64,000 nt of DNA. It comes from Haliotis rubra (lineage: Eukaryota). Below are positions 29,466 through 42,759 of this stretch, piece after piece. Made by a program: the position numbers and the translations under genes. Under the pieces are notes generated by a model. That model did not search any database. It was not told where the DNA came from and was given only the letters and a program-made list of their open reading frames with translations. The stretch is taken from NCBI RefSeq assembly GCF_003918875.1, contig NW_025767146.1:1922001-1986000 (forward strand), given 5' to 3'. Each line of letters begins with the position of its first letter. Position 1 is the first letter of the stretch.

Positions 29466-30188
29466 CTGGTTAATACAAGGTAAACACAACTAAATGGAGC
29501 AGAAGTTTGCAATGGCACATTGTCGTCAACACACGTGAAATGGAATAATGAGGTATCGGATTGATGAGGATGTCAACGTGGTGTTCGACAGGGATGTGCA
29601 GAAATGTCTTACGATTCTGTTACCACAGAACTTGCTGGGTACCAAGAACACAACCTTGTGTTTATGTCTGTGGTTGGAGTGAGTTTTGTAATAAATATTT
29701 TACCTGCCAATTTAAAAGAATGCAGAGTTATACTTTGACTTTTCAAGAATGGGCATAAGCTATCGAGATATGAACCATGAAAGGATGTACATGTAATGGA
29801 TTACATTCTGTTTACTGGAATCTTGGCTCAACGCAAGCTTACATAGCAAGCAAAACATAACATATATGGGTGCAAGCTTCCGGCAGATATAGATTCCATT
29901 GAGCTCATTGTATAGTCCAGCCAATAGTGACGTATACCCGACACGGGTTCTTCTCATGTCAAGTGAAACTTAGACAGTATTCAAGCATTCATCATTGTAT
30001 CATTGTATCATTGTATCATTCAAACAATGTTATTCAAGCAGCCTTTATTGAAATGCTCTATTTCCTCAAACACATTTGTATGTATTTAACAGATACATCC
30101 GCACACACAGACACACGTGCGCTACCCCACACAATCTTGGTGACAACCGGCTACTGGTGTCTTTGGTCAATACCAACCCTATACGTAC

Positions 30189-30312
30189 CAGTTTCATCTT
30201 TAGCTCTCTCCAGCTTGAAGAGGTATCTCTTTACCAGCCTATGCATGATGTCTATATATGACGTCTCATCAGGCTTTAGTTCCAGCGTTTTGCAAACGGT
30301 CTCGCGACGTTT
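30189..30312 (-). CDS. TRPC: TRPC exon: rib helix/CIRB-like region (KRRETVCKTLELKPDETSYIDIMHRLVKRYLFKLERAKDET)
   Basis: The Y..IM.RLVKRY motif is typical of TRPC C-termini. Acceptor cacttacag, donor G|GTACGT, phase 0-1. Confidence 0.9.
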
Positions 30313-31263
30313 CTGTAAGTGCAAGAAAGGAAGTGTTAGAAGCGTCGTAAAATCATCACGCCAAGCCTGATTCGTCCGCATCCTTCACTGTGTACTCAAT
30401 AACTGCTATTAACTTGATTAATAATTATGGCTTATGCCAACATTGACGATCACTAGATAAATATACTACATTTTCTATGTTAAAAAGACGTATCACTGTC
30501 CCCGCTGGTCAGGTGCACTACAATTTCTTTGTGTAGGTGATGTCGTGACGCGATGACGTATTGCTGCCCCCACTAGGTAGATGTTTCCACGGCGCCACGT
30601 GTATCTCAATGTAGCGCCTATGAAACACCTCTCCAGTAGGGGAGTGCTCAATGTGGAGATCTCAGCTGTTCTCCTAGACTAAGGCTTAGTCTCTGAATAT
30701 ATATAATTTTGATAGTAACAAAAAAGACCATTTATATTGAAAAGGAGCCCTAGGGAGACCAGAGATTCAGAACCTGAGGAAATCTAGACTTGCTTTATTT
30801 AGGGCTTTAGCACTGCAGAGAGGGCTTGGCAGTAGGGAAATTAATGTGGTTCAGGGACTGTGAGACAGACTACTGTTCTCCGAACGTAGGCTGTCCCTGA
30901 GCAGTGCGTTGAGTGTGTCACACGCTTGTTTCAGCACTATTTTCTTATGAGAGATGGAAACTACTTAATGTCAGGGTGAAGTACATGCTCATCTTATGTC
31001 AGTATTATATACGACAAGTAACTGAGGTGCCTCCCCGTTGTATTCCCAATTAGCTGGAGCGTTGAAGGCACACTCCCGTCTATCAATTTGTAATTTTGAT
31101 TTTCCCAGGCTCCTTTTCCTAATGTTTCGGGGTTTTAAACAATTGCTGAAAAGGTTAAAATACATTAGAAGTTGAAGCGTACACTATTTAAAAATCCTGT
31201 CACAAACCAAAACACATAGTTGTAAGGAATAATATTATTAAGCTAGAATATTATTACACTTAC

Positions 31264-31470
31264 CTTAAGAAACGTCTGCTTTCTATTCTTTTCATATTCT
31301 AGGAATCCGTTTTTGCTATGTTTTATCAAGTCTTTAAAGAATATATACACATAGTAGAAGGACTTGGGGGTGGGGATCATGTTGAAGGGGACCGGCAGGG
31401 TGCTGCCCTCGTCCATGTAGTTCAGCCACAGCTTCGTTCGGGCAAACTTCCACTCCACGTCGCAGTCAGT
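31264..31470 (-). CDS. TRPC: TRPC exon: TRP domain ([37 protein letters not shown]...)
   Basis: Invariant TRPC TRP box EWKFAR and TRP box 2 LPVPFN. Acceptor tttcag, donor AAG|GTAAGT; 207 nt, phase 0-0. Confidence 0.97.
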
Positions 31471-31961
31471 CTGAAACACGTGAGGGTTTGGTTTAACGCC
31501 GCTTGGGTCACTATTAGGTATATCACGACACGGCAGTGTGATGTTGGACAAAAATTGGAGACGTTTTGACAGTTCAGGAAGTTCACGAGTAAGGGTATGG
31601 TGATGATTCAAACGCAATCCAATTTTCCGACCACCATGTTCAAATCGAAGTTTACCTGCAGAACTCAAACCCTAGCCAGATTTATTCTACCGAAGTTTCC
31701 CTTAAGAACACATTCCCAGGACGTTATTTACTACCCAATATTTCCATTAATACACTAATCCACAGAACCCTGTTTTTACCCGAAACTTCAACAAGGAATA
31801 TAAAGTATAGAAACTTTCTGGAATACCCCATATGCCTCGTACATTAGACTTCATGGTAAAAGTTCCTGCTGACACCCTTCCCGATTATCCTTATGGGACC
31901 CAATCCTTGAACGCTTTTCTTTAAAGCGTCATGGTTAACATTACAAACAACGCAAACCTAC

Positions 31962-32122
31962 CTGAATGTCTTCGAAGGAGTGGCTCATCATAGCGATGAG
32001 CATGTTAATGAGGACGATGATGATGACGACGTGGTAGATGCCGAATAGGTACATCCCGACACTCTCAACGATGGACGTGCTGCTGTCCTGATTCGACGAC
32101 CCGTACAAGGTGGACTTGAACA
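31962..32122 (-). CDS. TRPC: TRPC exon: S6 helix (VFKSTLYG...VESVGMYLFGIYHVVIIIVLINMLIAMMSHSFEDIQ)
   Basis: The VLINMLIAMM gate motif of TRPC S6. Acceptor tgtttcag, donor CAG|GTAGGT, phase 1-0. Confidence 0.96.
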
Positions 32123-34039
32123 CTGAAACATCATTAAGTCATCGTCAGCGGTTAGGATAACGTTCATGTTGGTCACTTATAACGCTGAGTTACATCAGAA
32201 ACTAGAACGCTGCAGTTGAACACAATGAACAGAAAATTTCGCTTTATTCTCTATGGTCATTATTCGAGATTGGGTTCAATTGTATTGACACATTAGTATT
32301 TAATTGGCAACGATATAACGCGCCACACTCCTGAGTGTCCGCCACCTCTGTGATCCAAATGTTCCATTAGAACCATTATTACATTAATACACCTTACCTG
32401 GGACCTGTTCCATTCATAAGTAACTATACCCGTGGAAGGTAATATCATTGCCCGGGAAACACATATGTAGAGTTCACCGTGAGATAGTTCTGATATCATG
32501 CCGACCAATACACACCTACCTTTAACAAGGCGACAACAATTATATTTCGAAATTGAAAACATGTGCAGTTAATACTGTAACGGGATATTCTTGGCCAGCA
32601 CATATCTACCTACCAGTAACACTGCACGGTGTCACGAGGCTCTACGACTGGGCACTACGTACGTGTGACCCTTTCGTAATGTTGCATTCTACGTACCCTG
32701 TGGATATGTAACACCAGAAGAAAACCAGTACGTACTAACTGTTGAAGAACTGACGTCACGGGCAACCAAACCTCGATAAGATGTTATCTAAATTACACTA
32801 CAAGTTAAGCTATACGTACCAACGGTTGATAAAGTGGCACCAGAGGCAAAGCAATACGTAACTATGGTCGGTAAAGTAGCACCACAGGTAAAGAAATACG
32901 TACTTACGGTTGATAAAGTGACATCCCAGGTTAAGCAATACGTACCTACGGTTGATAATGTGTCCCCACAAGTCATGCAACACAAGTCACGCAATACGTA
33001 ACGATGCACACGCATGCAACACTATGGACCTACCAATACACACCTACCGTAGATAAAGTGGTACGACAGGTATACCAATAGGTACCTGAGTCCATAAAAG
33101 AGGCACCCTAGGCCAACCAATACGTACCTACCTGGGACAAAGTGGCCTGAACCCATTAATGTCTGTATCACGACACTGACCCTCCACATATAAGACAACA
33201 GCCAAGTTAACTATTTACACATACACAGAGTAAAAAGTAAGTATAAATGCAACTGAAATAAAAATCTCAAAGAAAGTAAAACAGTATTGTGAAACAGCCA
33301 CGAGGACGAAAGGTGACAAGCAACGGACAGTGAGAAAAGACAACAAAACTGAGACACTTTTACACAAAAGACAAGACATCATTAGACAATAAGACGCGCC
33401 TGACAACACGATACATTCTGGCAACAAACTGCATTCTGGCAACATGAACCACACTCACAACAGGCACTCGGACAACAAAGTACGCTCAGACCAACACGAG
33501 GCGCTCTCACAAACACGGACGCTTTAACGACATGAGGCACTCTGGCAACAAGACTGGACGCAGACCAGCACGGGATACTGCTGCAGGATGGGACAATGAT
33601 TGACCACAGACACAAGAAGGGTGAGCTCCAGTACCCTGGATAGACCTCTTGCCGACATGGTCAACAAGTATTTGCTAGAAGTGTTGATGTTGCTTGTTGA
33701 CAGCATCAGGAACCACCTCGAAGAGTTGCTGATACATTATGATGAAGAAGTTGTTATCCATGCCTGTTTCGTCACGTTTATATAGCGCGGTATTAGTTAT
33801 GTCAGTGTACTTCATAAGATGTACTATCAATTTACCTGAAGGTGACCACATGATACATCTATGAATATAGGTGCACACTTGATACTTACTATGAATATCA
33901 TATAAATATATCCTATACAACGTTTAACTATATGAATATATTCTACATGATGTATAAAAAACATATAACACCGTCTTAAATATTCTTACTTATCTCAGAA
34001 GCGCTATTCTATGTCTCTTATGAAATATGCCTAATATTC

Positions 34040-34985
34040 AATACCCAATACAATATGTGAACATAATATACCCCATACAATAAGTGGACATAACATACCC
34101 CATACAATAAGTAGACATAACATACCCAATACAATAGTGGATATATTATACCCTATACAATAAGTGGACATAATATGCCCTGTACAATAAGTGGACATAA
34201 TATACCCCCAACACAATAAGTGGATATAATATACCCTATACTATAAGTGGACATAATATATCCTATACAATGGTGCATATAATATACCTATACAATAAGT
34301 GGACATAATATACCCAACACAATAAGTAAACATAATATACCCCATACAATAAGTAGACATAACATACCCAATACAATAGTGGATATATTATACCCTATAC
34401 AATAAGTGGACATAATATGCCCTGTACAATAAGTGGACATAATATACCCCCAACACAATAAGTGGATATAATATACCCTATACTATAAGTGGACATAATA
34501 TATCCTATACAATGGTGCATATAATATACCTGTACAATAAGTGGACATAATATACCTTGTACAATAAGTGGCCACAATGTACCCTATACAATAAGTGGAC
34601 ATAATATACCCTATACAATAAGTGGACATAATATACCCAACACAATAAGTGGATATAATATACCCTATACAATAAGTGGACATAATATACACTATACAAT
34701 AAGTGGATATAATAAACACTATACAATAAGTGGACATAATATACCCTATACAATAAGTGGACATAATGTACCCTATACAATAGTGGATATAATATACCTC
34801 ATACAATAAGTGGACATAATATACCCTATACAATAAGTGGACATAATATACCCTACACAATAAGTGGACATAATATACCCTTTACAATAAGTGGACATAA
34901 TATATCCTTTTGCAATAAGTGGACATAATATACCCTATACAATAAGTGGACATAATATATCCTTTACAATATGTGGACATAATAG
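34040..34985. repeat. ~27-bp minisatellite (TACCCTATACAATAAGTGGACATAATA) with an internal ~242-bp block duplication
   Basis: Direct periodicity. The variant string starting near 34098 recurs near 34340. Confidence 0.9.
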
Positions 34986-35059
34986 GCAATCTATAGTAAC
35001 CCTCTATCTTATACTATAAACATTAAACAACATATTCTAGACGGCAGAGAGTCAGGGAT

Positions 35060-35700
35060 ATTGTTGTACATATATAGCTTTTTGCATATATTATCATAGA
35101 TTTGTGGTATATGTTATCATAGATATTGTGGCATACATTACCATGAATCTTGTTCTTTGATATTATAATTGATATTATTTAGATTGCCGTGGGTCTTCTC
35201 GTTTATATGTTTACAGATATTGTGGCATATGTTATCATAGATATTGTTCTTCATATTATCATAGATATTGTTCTGCATATTATCATAGATATTGTTCTGC
35301 ATATTATCATAGATATATTGCTGTATATATTATCAGATATATTGTTGTATATATTGCTATGGATCTTATATATATTTTCATGGATATTGTACATATTATC
35401 ATATATATTGTGGTATATATTGTCATAGATATTGTTGTAAAACTTTGGATAGGTTTTGGACATATTATCATAGATATTGTTCTGCATATTATCGTAGATA
35501 TTGTTGTATATATTATCATATATATTGTTGTATATATTGCTATGGATCTTATATATATTTTCATGGATATTGTACATATTATCATAGATATTGTGGTATA
35601 TATTGTCATAGATATTGTTGTACATCTTTTGATAGTTTTTTGGGCATATTATCATAGATATTGTCGTATATATATTCATTCATCTTGTTGGATATTTTGT
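35060..35700. repeat. Degenerate AT-rich ~24-bp minisatellite (ATATTATCATAGATATTGTTCTGC-like)
   Basis: Visible periodicity. The Ile/Tyr-rich ORFs here are artefacts. Confidence 0.8.
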
Positions 35701-36047
35701 AATAGATGTTGTGTTATATATAATTTAACAGATATTTTGTTTCTACATATTATCATTAATGTTGTATATATTGTCATTGGTATTATTGTATGTACGAGTA
35801 TTGTCAAAGATATTGTAATAACTGTGACAAATAATGTCATAAATATTGTCATATGGAATCATAGCCGTAGACTGATAACATGTTCATATCAAAGTCCAGT
35901 TATACTCGTCATCATATCACTGTTCCAGTCTGTCTATATAATCAATGTATTGATCATGCAATCATATCGTAATGGATCTTGAGAGTGTATATCCAGTCAC
36001 ACATATTATTTATAGCCATAGTTACACCCATAGCCACAAACATGGTA

Positions 36048-37290
36048 TAGTCATACTCTTGGTCGTATCAATAGCCATAACCGTGGTCAAGTCATACACG
36101 TGGTTGTACCAATAGCAATAACCGTGGTCTAGTCATACTCTTGGTCGTATCAATAGCCATAACCGTGGTCAAGTCATACACGTGGTTGTACCAAAAGCCA
36201 TAACCGTGGTCTAGTCATACTCGTGGTTGTACCGATAGCAATAACCGTGGTCTAGTCATACTCGTGGTTGTACCAATAGCCATAGCCGTGGTCTAGTCAT
36301 ACTCGTGGTTGTACCAATAGCCATAACCGTGGTCTAGTCATACTCTTGGTTGTACCAATAGCCATAACCGTGCCAGTATACCGTGGTCTAGTCATACACG
36401 TGGTTGGTTTGTGCCAATATAGCCATAGCAGGTACCAATAAGTCATACTAGTCATACTCTTGGTTGTACCAATAGCCATAGCCGTGGTCTAGTCATACTC
36501 GTGGTTGTACCAATAGCCATAGCCGTGGTCTAGTCATACTCGTGGTTGTACCGATAGCAATAACCGTGGTCTAGTCATACTCATGGTCGTATCAATAGCA
36601 ATAACCGTGGTCTAGTCATACTCATGGTCGTATCAATAGCAATAACCGTGGTCTAGTCATACTCATGGTCGTATCAATAGCAATAACCGTGGTCTAGTCA
36701 TACTCATGGTTGTACCAATAACCATAGCCGTGGTCTAGTCATACTCATGGTCGTATCAATAGCCATAACCGTGGTCTAGTGATACTCGTGGTTGTACCGA
36801 TAGCAATAACCGTGGTCTAGTCATACTCATGGTCGTACCAATAGCCATAGCCGTGGTCTAGTCATACACGTGGTTGTACCAATAGCCATAGCCGTGGTCT
36901 AGTCATACTCGTGGTTGTACCGATAGCAATAACCGTGGTCTAGTCATACTCTAGGTTGTACCGATAGCCATAGCCGTGGTCTAGTTATACTCGTGGTCGT
37001 ATTAATAGCCATAACCGTGGTCTAGTCATACTCTAGGTTGTACCGATAGCAATAACCGTGGTCTAGTCATACTCATGGTTGTACCAATAGCAATAACCGT
37101 TGTCTAGTCATACTCTTGGTCGTATTAATAGCCATAACCGTTGTCTAGTCATACTCGTGGTTGTACCAATAGCCATAACTGTGGTCTAGTCATACTCGTG
37201 GTTGTACCAATAGCCATAACTGTGGTCTAGTCATACTCGTGGTTGTACCAATAGCCATAACTGTGGTCTAGTCATACTCTAGGTTGTACT
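36048..37290. repeat. 41-bp minisatellite (CCGTGGTCTAGTCATACTCGTGGTTGTACCAATAGCCATAr), about 30 copies
   Basis: Period 41 (36482, 36523...). Confidence 0.93.
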
Positions 37291-37907
37291 GGATATCTTC
37301 CAGATCATGCGTCGGTATCTGATGACTGTGTAGTGAGGGTGTAAACAGTTGAAGAATGCGATCTATAATCAGATTCTATAATCAGTGAAGACATCCATAG
37401 TCTTTATTAGTACCCTATTGCCCTGTTTGCTATACCCGTCTCGAATCTAAACTCATTGCGCTTCTACCCATGTTTGCTGTCACTGGCTGTCCAGTATCTG
37501 CAGATTATATAACATGGGTCAAGACTGCTTGTAAAATAGTCATTACATATAACATATTCTGTTTCAGAACTTTATAGGACTTAAACAACATTGAACAAAA
37601 ATGCAGTGATGTTAGAATTAATAATATATAAATTTTCCTTCTTTTTAACACGTTGCACAAGATAAAGGTATTTTGGATATACTTCTTACGCAAATAGTGG
37701 GGCAGTCATAATGATTATAATAATGGCGACATACGTCATCAAACTGGTGACGTCGTTGATGGAGTCACAGAACAATTGCTACAGAACACAGCTCCCTCTA
37801 GCGGCAACACTGGACGCATGCACATTCAGCAAGCATGTGAAACAACACTATCTATAGTTACACTAGCTGCCGTCGCCTCTAGAAGCTAGGACACACATGC
37901 CAAGTAC

Positions 37908-37991
37908 CTGGAGGCGTGTTCGGGTCTCGTTTGCTGCCGTCGGTACAGTATATGTCGCCACGCTCACTGTCTAGAACTTGACATTTTTTGA
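37908..37991 (-). CDS. TRPC: Putative TRPC cassette exon in the pore-S6 loop (VKKCQVLDSERGDIYCTDGSKRDPNTPP)
   Basis: Branch-like CTAAC plus ctcgtctttgcag acceptor, donor CAG|GTACTT. 84 nt, phase 1-1, open in the required frame. No homology evidence. Confidence 0.6.
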
Positions 37992-38279
37992 CTGCAAAGA
38001 CGAGGTTAGGACGACTGAAAGTGACATCCCTGCAGCTGATCGCCTCAGAAGACATCAGAACGCACACGCATACACACCCACATACGCAGCCACACGCAGG
38101 CAGGGCTGCTTGCTTTAGTGGCTAAGAGCAAGAAAGGGTAAGCCACTCTAGTGCATGAACATTGTGTTATACGGTGTAGACGGATGGTGTTAGGTCACGC
38201 TGTAGAGACCCAACTGGAACGCCAATACACATGGTGAACAAAGGGTAAATAGCAATAAGACGTTATAACACACGCCTAC

Positions 38280-38324
38280 CTCCGCCTCCTCCCTTGCCGA
38301 CGCCCACAACACTGGAGACATAGC
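38280..38324 (-). CDS. TRPC: Putative TRPC 45-nt micro/cassette exon in the pore-S6 loop (GYVSSVVGVGKGGGG)
   Basis: Acceptor ctaatctcctctttcag, donor GAG|GTAGGC. 45 nt, phase 1-1, open frame. No homology evidence. Confidence 0.6.
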
Positions 38325-39981
38325 CTGAAAGAGGAGATTACATCTATCTACGTTCTACAACACACTGCATGGACTTGAAAACCTTGCTGAGGTCTCCGGA
38401 GTGTGCCAGTCTGTCACCCAATCTTTGTCACAGCATACAGTATTTAGTCCGCCGTAGTCCACTCACTGATCTCAGGTCTGAGGTCTTCGTGTGACTGCCC
38501 AGAGTCACTTGAATAAAGCGATCTTTACGTCATTGATGAAGTAGTACAAACACTTGTCACGTGGTTAGACAGTCGTAGTGTTAGGACCGTTTGGTAAACC
38601 AGGCCTTCGGTTCGCACAAGCACCTTTAGTGATGGTAGTTTGTCAATATACAGTGGAAGCTGTCAAAACCGGCAGCTGTCCAATCCGGCAAGTTGTCAAC
38701 AGTGGCCTAAATTTCAGTCCCGTCCGTGGCTAGTGCATTTATCATCATTTAAAAGCTCTGGACGTACTTTCATCAAGACTACAACAGTATCTTCTAGACA
38801 CCTGGGCAGGGTCAGGTGTTGGGATACGTGAAATAGAATCAATTCCGTGATAGTCTGACAAATGTTACTCGTGGTTCAAATTACTAAAATAGAAGCGAAA
38901 ACACCGTGTAGGCATAAAATCTACCTCTCGTGGAATCATCCTACACATTTGTCCCATGTATGTGCAGTCATTTATATGTTTCATCCAGCGTTCTTCGTAC
39001 AGCTACACACGATTCCGTCGCTATAATCTGTTCATACTGGTAGATAGCCATAAACCCGGAAGTTCAAAGCATGCAGTACCGTATCAGTGTCAAAGGTCAC
39101 ACTCTGTTTAAGAATACTGCATACTGTTCTCGCGTTCAGGTCGCGAAGTAGTTTGGAATATTTAGCTTTGCACAAGCGCATAGGCCACGTTATTACGTAG
39201 TAAGGAATATTCAATGAGCTATATATGCTGTAAAGACGTATATACATACATGGCGCTATACCATACACTGGGAAGCCTGATATGGAAGTTCTTCTGTCAC
39301 TACAAGCTGCCTCTTGTTTCAGTTCCATTATTTAAGGAGCAGAAGAGCAGGAAAGCGCTCATTATTCAATCTTATTCGCAAGAACATTTCATTATTTAGC
39401 TCCGATAGTGAATTTCTTTTACAAAGACATGTCGGTAGTGATTCTATTTCCGTAATAAACCTCATGTTATCAACCTTACCAAGGAATGGATGTATGTTGT
39501 CATGTCCCTGAAAATGCATACAACAGAAACAATGTGAATATTCAGCAATTGAGAATTCTGGCATACGGGGGAGAGTGGGTTTGTTTTAACGTCGAGCGCT
39601 GTGACCAGTATTTCAGATACATCACAACGTGTCAGCTTGTGAGGAAACCAAGGTTCAAATGATTCGGAAGCTAGGTATTGAACGATCCCACGACTAGCAA
39701 ATCCTCCCGAGACTAAGGGGAATAACTTCCCTCTGATGCTTGCGGCCCACTTGGTACTTTCTGTCCTCAAATCTGATACAAACGTCAAAATTGTAAATCA
39801 TTTTGTGCTACACTACCCTGAATGTTACAGAAAGTGGATGAATTTGTTATTTCAAACAGCCTACAGCAGCCTACAGCAGCCTACCCGGCATAGTTAGCAC
39901 GATCAATCGTTTGGCCTATTGCAATGAGGATATGGTGGTATTCTAGTGAGGGGGGTGCCGAGAAAGATGCTGCGCACTCAC

Positions 39982-40073
39982 CTCCATCAGGTTCCGGGTG
40001 CATGACGGTGATGTCGCTCATGCTCACTTGGCCGAACATGGACCAGAACAGGCTGTAGAACGTCTGTCGCAAC
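39982..40073 (-). CDS. TRPC: TRPC exon: pore helix and selectivity filter (LRQTFYSLFWSMFGQVSMSDITVMHPEPDG)
   Basis: LFW pore motif (SLFWSxFG). Acceptor ctgctgcag, donor GAG|GTGAGT, phase 2-1. Confidence 0.95.
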
Positions 40074-40079
40074 CTGCAG

Positions 40080-40292
40080 CAGAGAGAGGAGAGAGACAAT
40101 GATAGACACAGAGAGAGGAGAGAGACAATGGTAGACACAGAGAGAGGAGAGGGACAATGGTAGACACAGAGAGACGGAGAGAGACAATGATAGACACAGA
40201 GAGACGGAGAGAGACAATGATAGACACAGAGAGACGGAGACAGACAATGATAGAAATGTGAGAGGAGAGAGACAATGATAGAGACAGAGACA
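40080..40292. repeat. 30-bp purine-rich minisatellite abutting the pore-exon acceptor
   Basis: GAGAGACAATGATAGACACAGAGAGAsGGA repeated about 7 times; pyrimidine-rich on the transcribed strand. Confidence 0.88.
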
Positions 40293-42759
40293 CGATACAG
40301 GTAATTTGCACATATTGCAAGCAAAAGGAAATACTATAGGAAGGAGAGAAGAGATACAATGTATATGTCCGAGAGAGGCTGTTGAATGGCTGTGGGATAC
40401 TGGGGATACGAGTAAGAAAGAGAAGGGGGAAAGAGGAAGCGCGTACACGTCCATGTGACTGGACTGTTCTATGTGATGCACCTGATCTACCTGATATAGT
40501 TCCGCAGCATTTATTATATGAACGAGAACTAGGCGTAAAGACAGCAGCAATTATACCTCTGCCCACAGCTTCCAGTGAACAAGGAAAGGCATTTTGTTTG
40601 GGGTGGGTGAAGGTGGTAGTGGGGGCTAGCGGGTAAGGGGTGGGGAGGCAAGAGCGAGAGGTGGAGTTCATGTGACAGATACTTAAGATGCTCCGACCGT
40701 GTCCTCCAGTGGACTATGAGCGGTAAACATGTAGCTGAAGTTAAGCTAAGAGATATTTAGTTTTATGTAAGACACTGGAGAGCGTGATGGCGGGGCAATG
40801 AAGCGATATTATGATGTTCGCCTGGTCGTGTATTTATCGATGAATGGGAACTTTAATGTTTAAATCAGAGCTGATGGCTCGGCGTTTAGCATATTTATAA
40901 TGGAAACAGACCAGTCCCACAGCTAGGACTACCATTAGCTGCATGTACCCTATTATGCACTTTGTTTGGATACCAAAAATGGATTGCGTTATACAAACTG
41001 AAAACCTAAATGTCAGTCTGTCAAAAAACGTAAATCACCAGGAAATGTTGTGTGATATTCTATGCACATATTAAACGAAATTTCCAGCATAGCAATTACC
41101 AGTGTTCTCATGTGTAATATATTTATTTGGCTGCTGGATCAATACATCCCCTCACGTCCAACCCAAACACCAAGTGCTGTCCATCGACATCACACGTGTG
41201 TACATCGGTGCAAGATACATGCAGGCTTATTAATGTCCACAGTCAAAGAAATCAATTTTCAGTTTGATTAATACATTCGCAGTGTAATTGTTGACATATT
41301 CAAAACCTGCTGAAGATGGTCTTCTCGGTCGCTCAGAAGTTGCAGCTTGCAACCATTCTGGCAAGTGGCTGACGACTCGGCCCTTGAATGAATGAGTGTA
41401 TTGCCGGAAGGTTTCCGACCACTAAGTGTTGACCATGACGTCGGTTTGACAACCTGAAAGCCCTGATTTGTAGCTGTACCGTTTCAGCATGGTGAAGGAT
41501 GTCAACTGTTCAATGCGGCATAATGAACAATTGCTTGATTCTCCATCAAAAGTCACAACTGACTAGACCCATTTGTGGCTCAACCTACTTGAGTCAGAGG
41601 TAGCGCTGCTACAATTCAAGACGCTAGCTTAAATACCCATACACATCCCGCGGAAAGACGCTGTTAGTTGTGTAGTTACGTGTGACACACACAGGGGAGA
41701 GGCACAACACGATCCCAATCTGTCTGATGACCTCTGTACTCTAAGACTGTAAGTGCTCTGGCTCCTCAAATGGCGCACCTCTAAACCGTCTACATTTTCT
41801 CTGTGGCATCAAACCCTTTTCAAAAACCTCTCTCCGTTCTGTACTTAACATTGAACCGTACCCACCTTTCCGGGCGAGTTTCTTACTCTCTTTATTACAT
41901 CACCAACTCACCGCCCCACCCCCTCCCTTCCATACCCCCCCTGCCGTGTCTGGGTATAATTACCTGATATAAATCTCCCCGCATGAAGACAGAGTTACGA
42001 CCCTGCCTATGAGTGGTGTAGTCAATCATCTCGCTGATTGCCACAGAGATCCCAAACGTTTAGTTTCATTTTACTCTTTCCCATAAACTCAGCGTGGCGT
42101 GAGGGGATTACTCTATTTGTCAAAACATTCAGATAGTAAAGCAATTGCGCCAATGTCAGATGGACATCCGCTTGTTTTGCGCTAAGACACCATCAAAGAC
42201 TATCTTTACATACGGCGTTTTATGTCATGTCAACAAAGCTGGGGCGAATCCATGAGATGGACGGATTGTCCTTGGACACGACAACCAAAGTATCCCCACC
42301 ACATCGGGGGTATATGTTGTGTATATCACATCGGGAGTATACATTTTCTTGTGCATATCACATTAGATAATCTCCTCAATGTATAACACATAGGGAGCAT
42401 ATATTGTCTTTGGTAAATATGACTCGGATTGTATGCAATCTCTTGCGTGTGTATCTGATGCAAAGTGTGACCAGAAATTAATCAGAATGTTTTATACCAC
42501 TTAAGGCATCAATATTAACAAAATCAAATGGTTAATTGAATGAAAAAGATTCTTGCACTTTGATTTAAAGGAGACAAGTCTGCATATCATATTAATTAGT
42601 ATGACCAGAGTTGTCTCCCTTGGTAAACAAGCTCACCAACTGCAAAAGACCATTGCGGAATGACACCTTTGGAAAAGAGAAACTGTATTTCTGGATAATG
42701 TCATCGTGGAGTCAGATCAGCAGAGGTATTAGGCATGAACATATTAGAGGAACAGCTCA

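Noticed and set aside
39480-39507. Additional 28-nt exon (tttcag...CTTG|GTAAGG) in the pore-S6 intron
   Set aside because: In the required phase-1 frame it hits TGA immediately and it is not symmetric. At most a poison exon, with no support.
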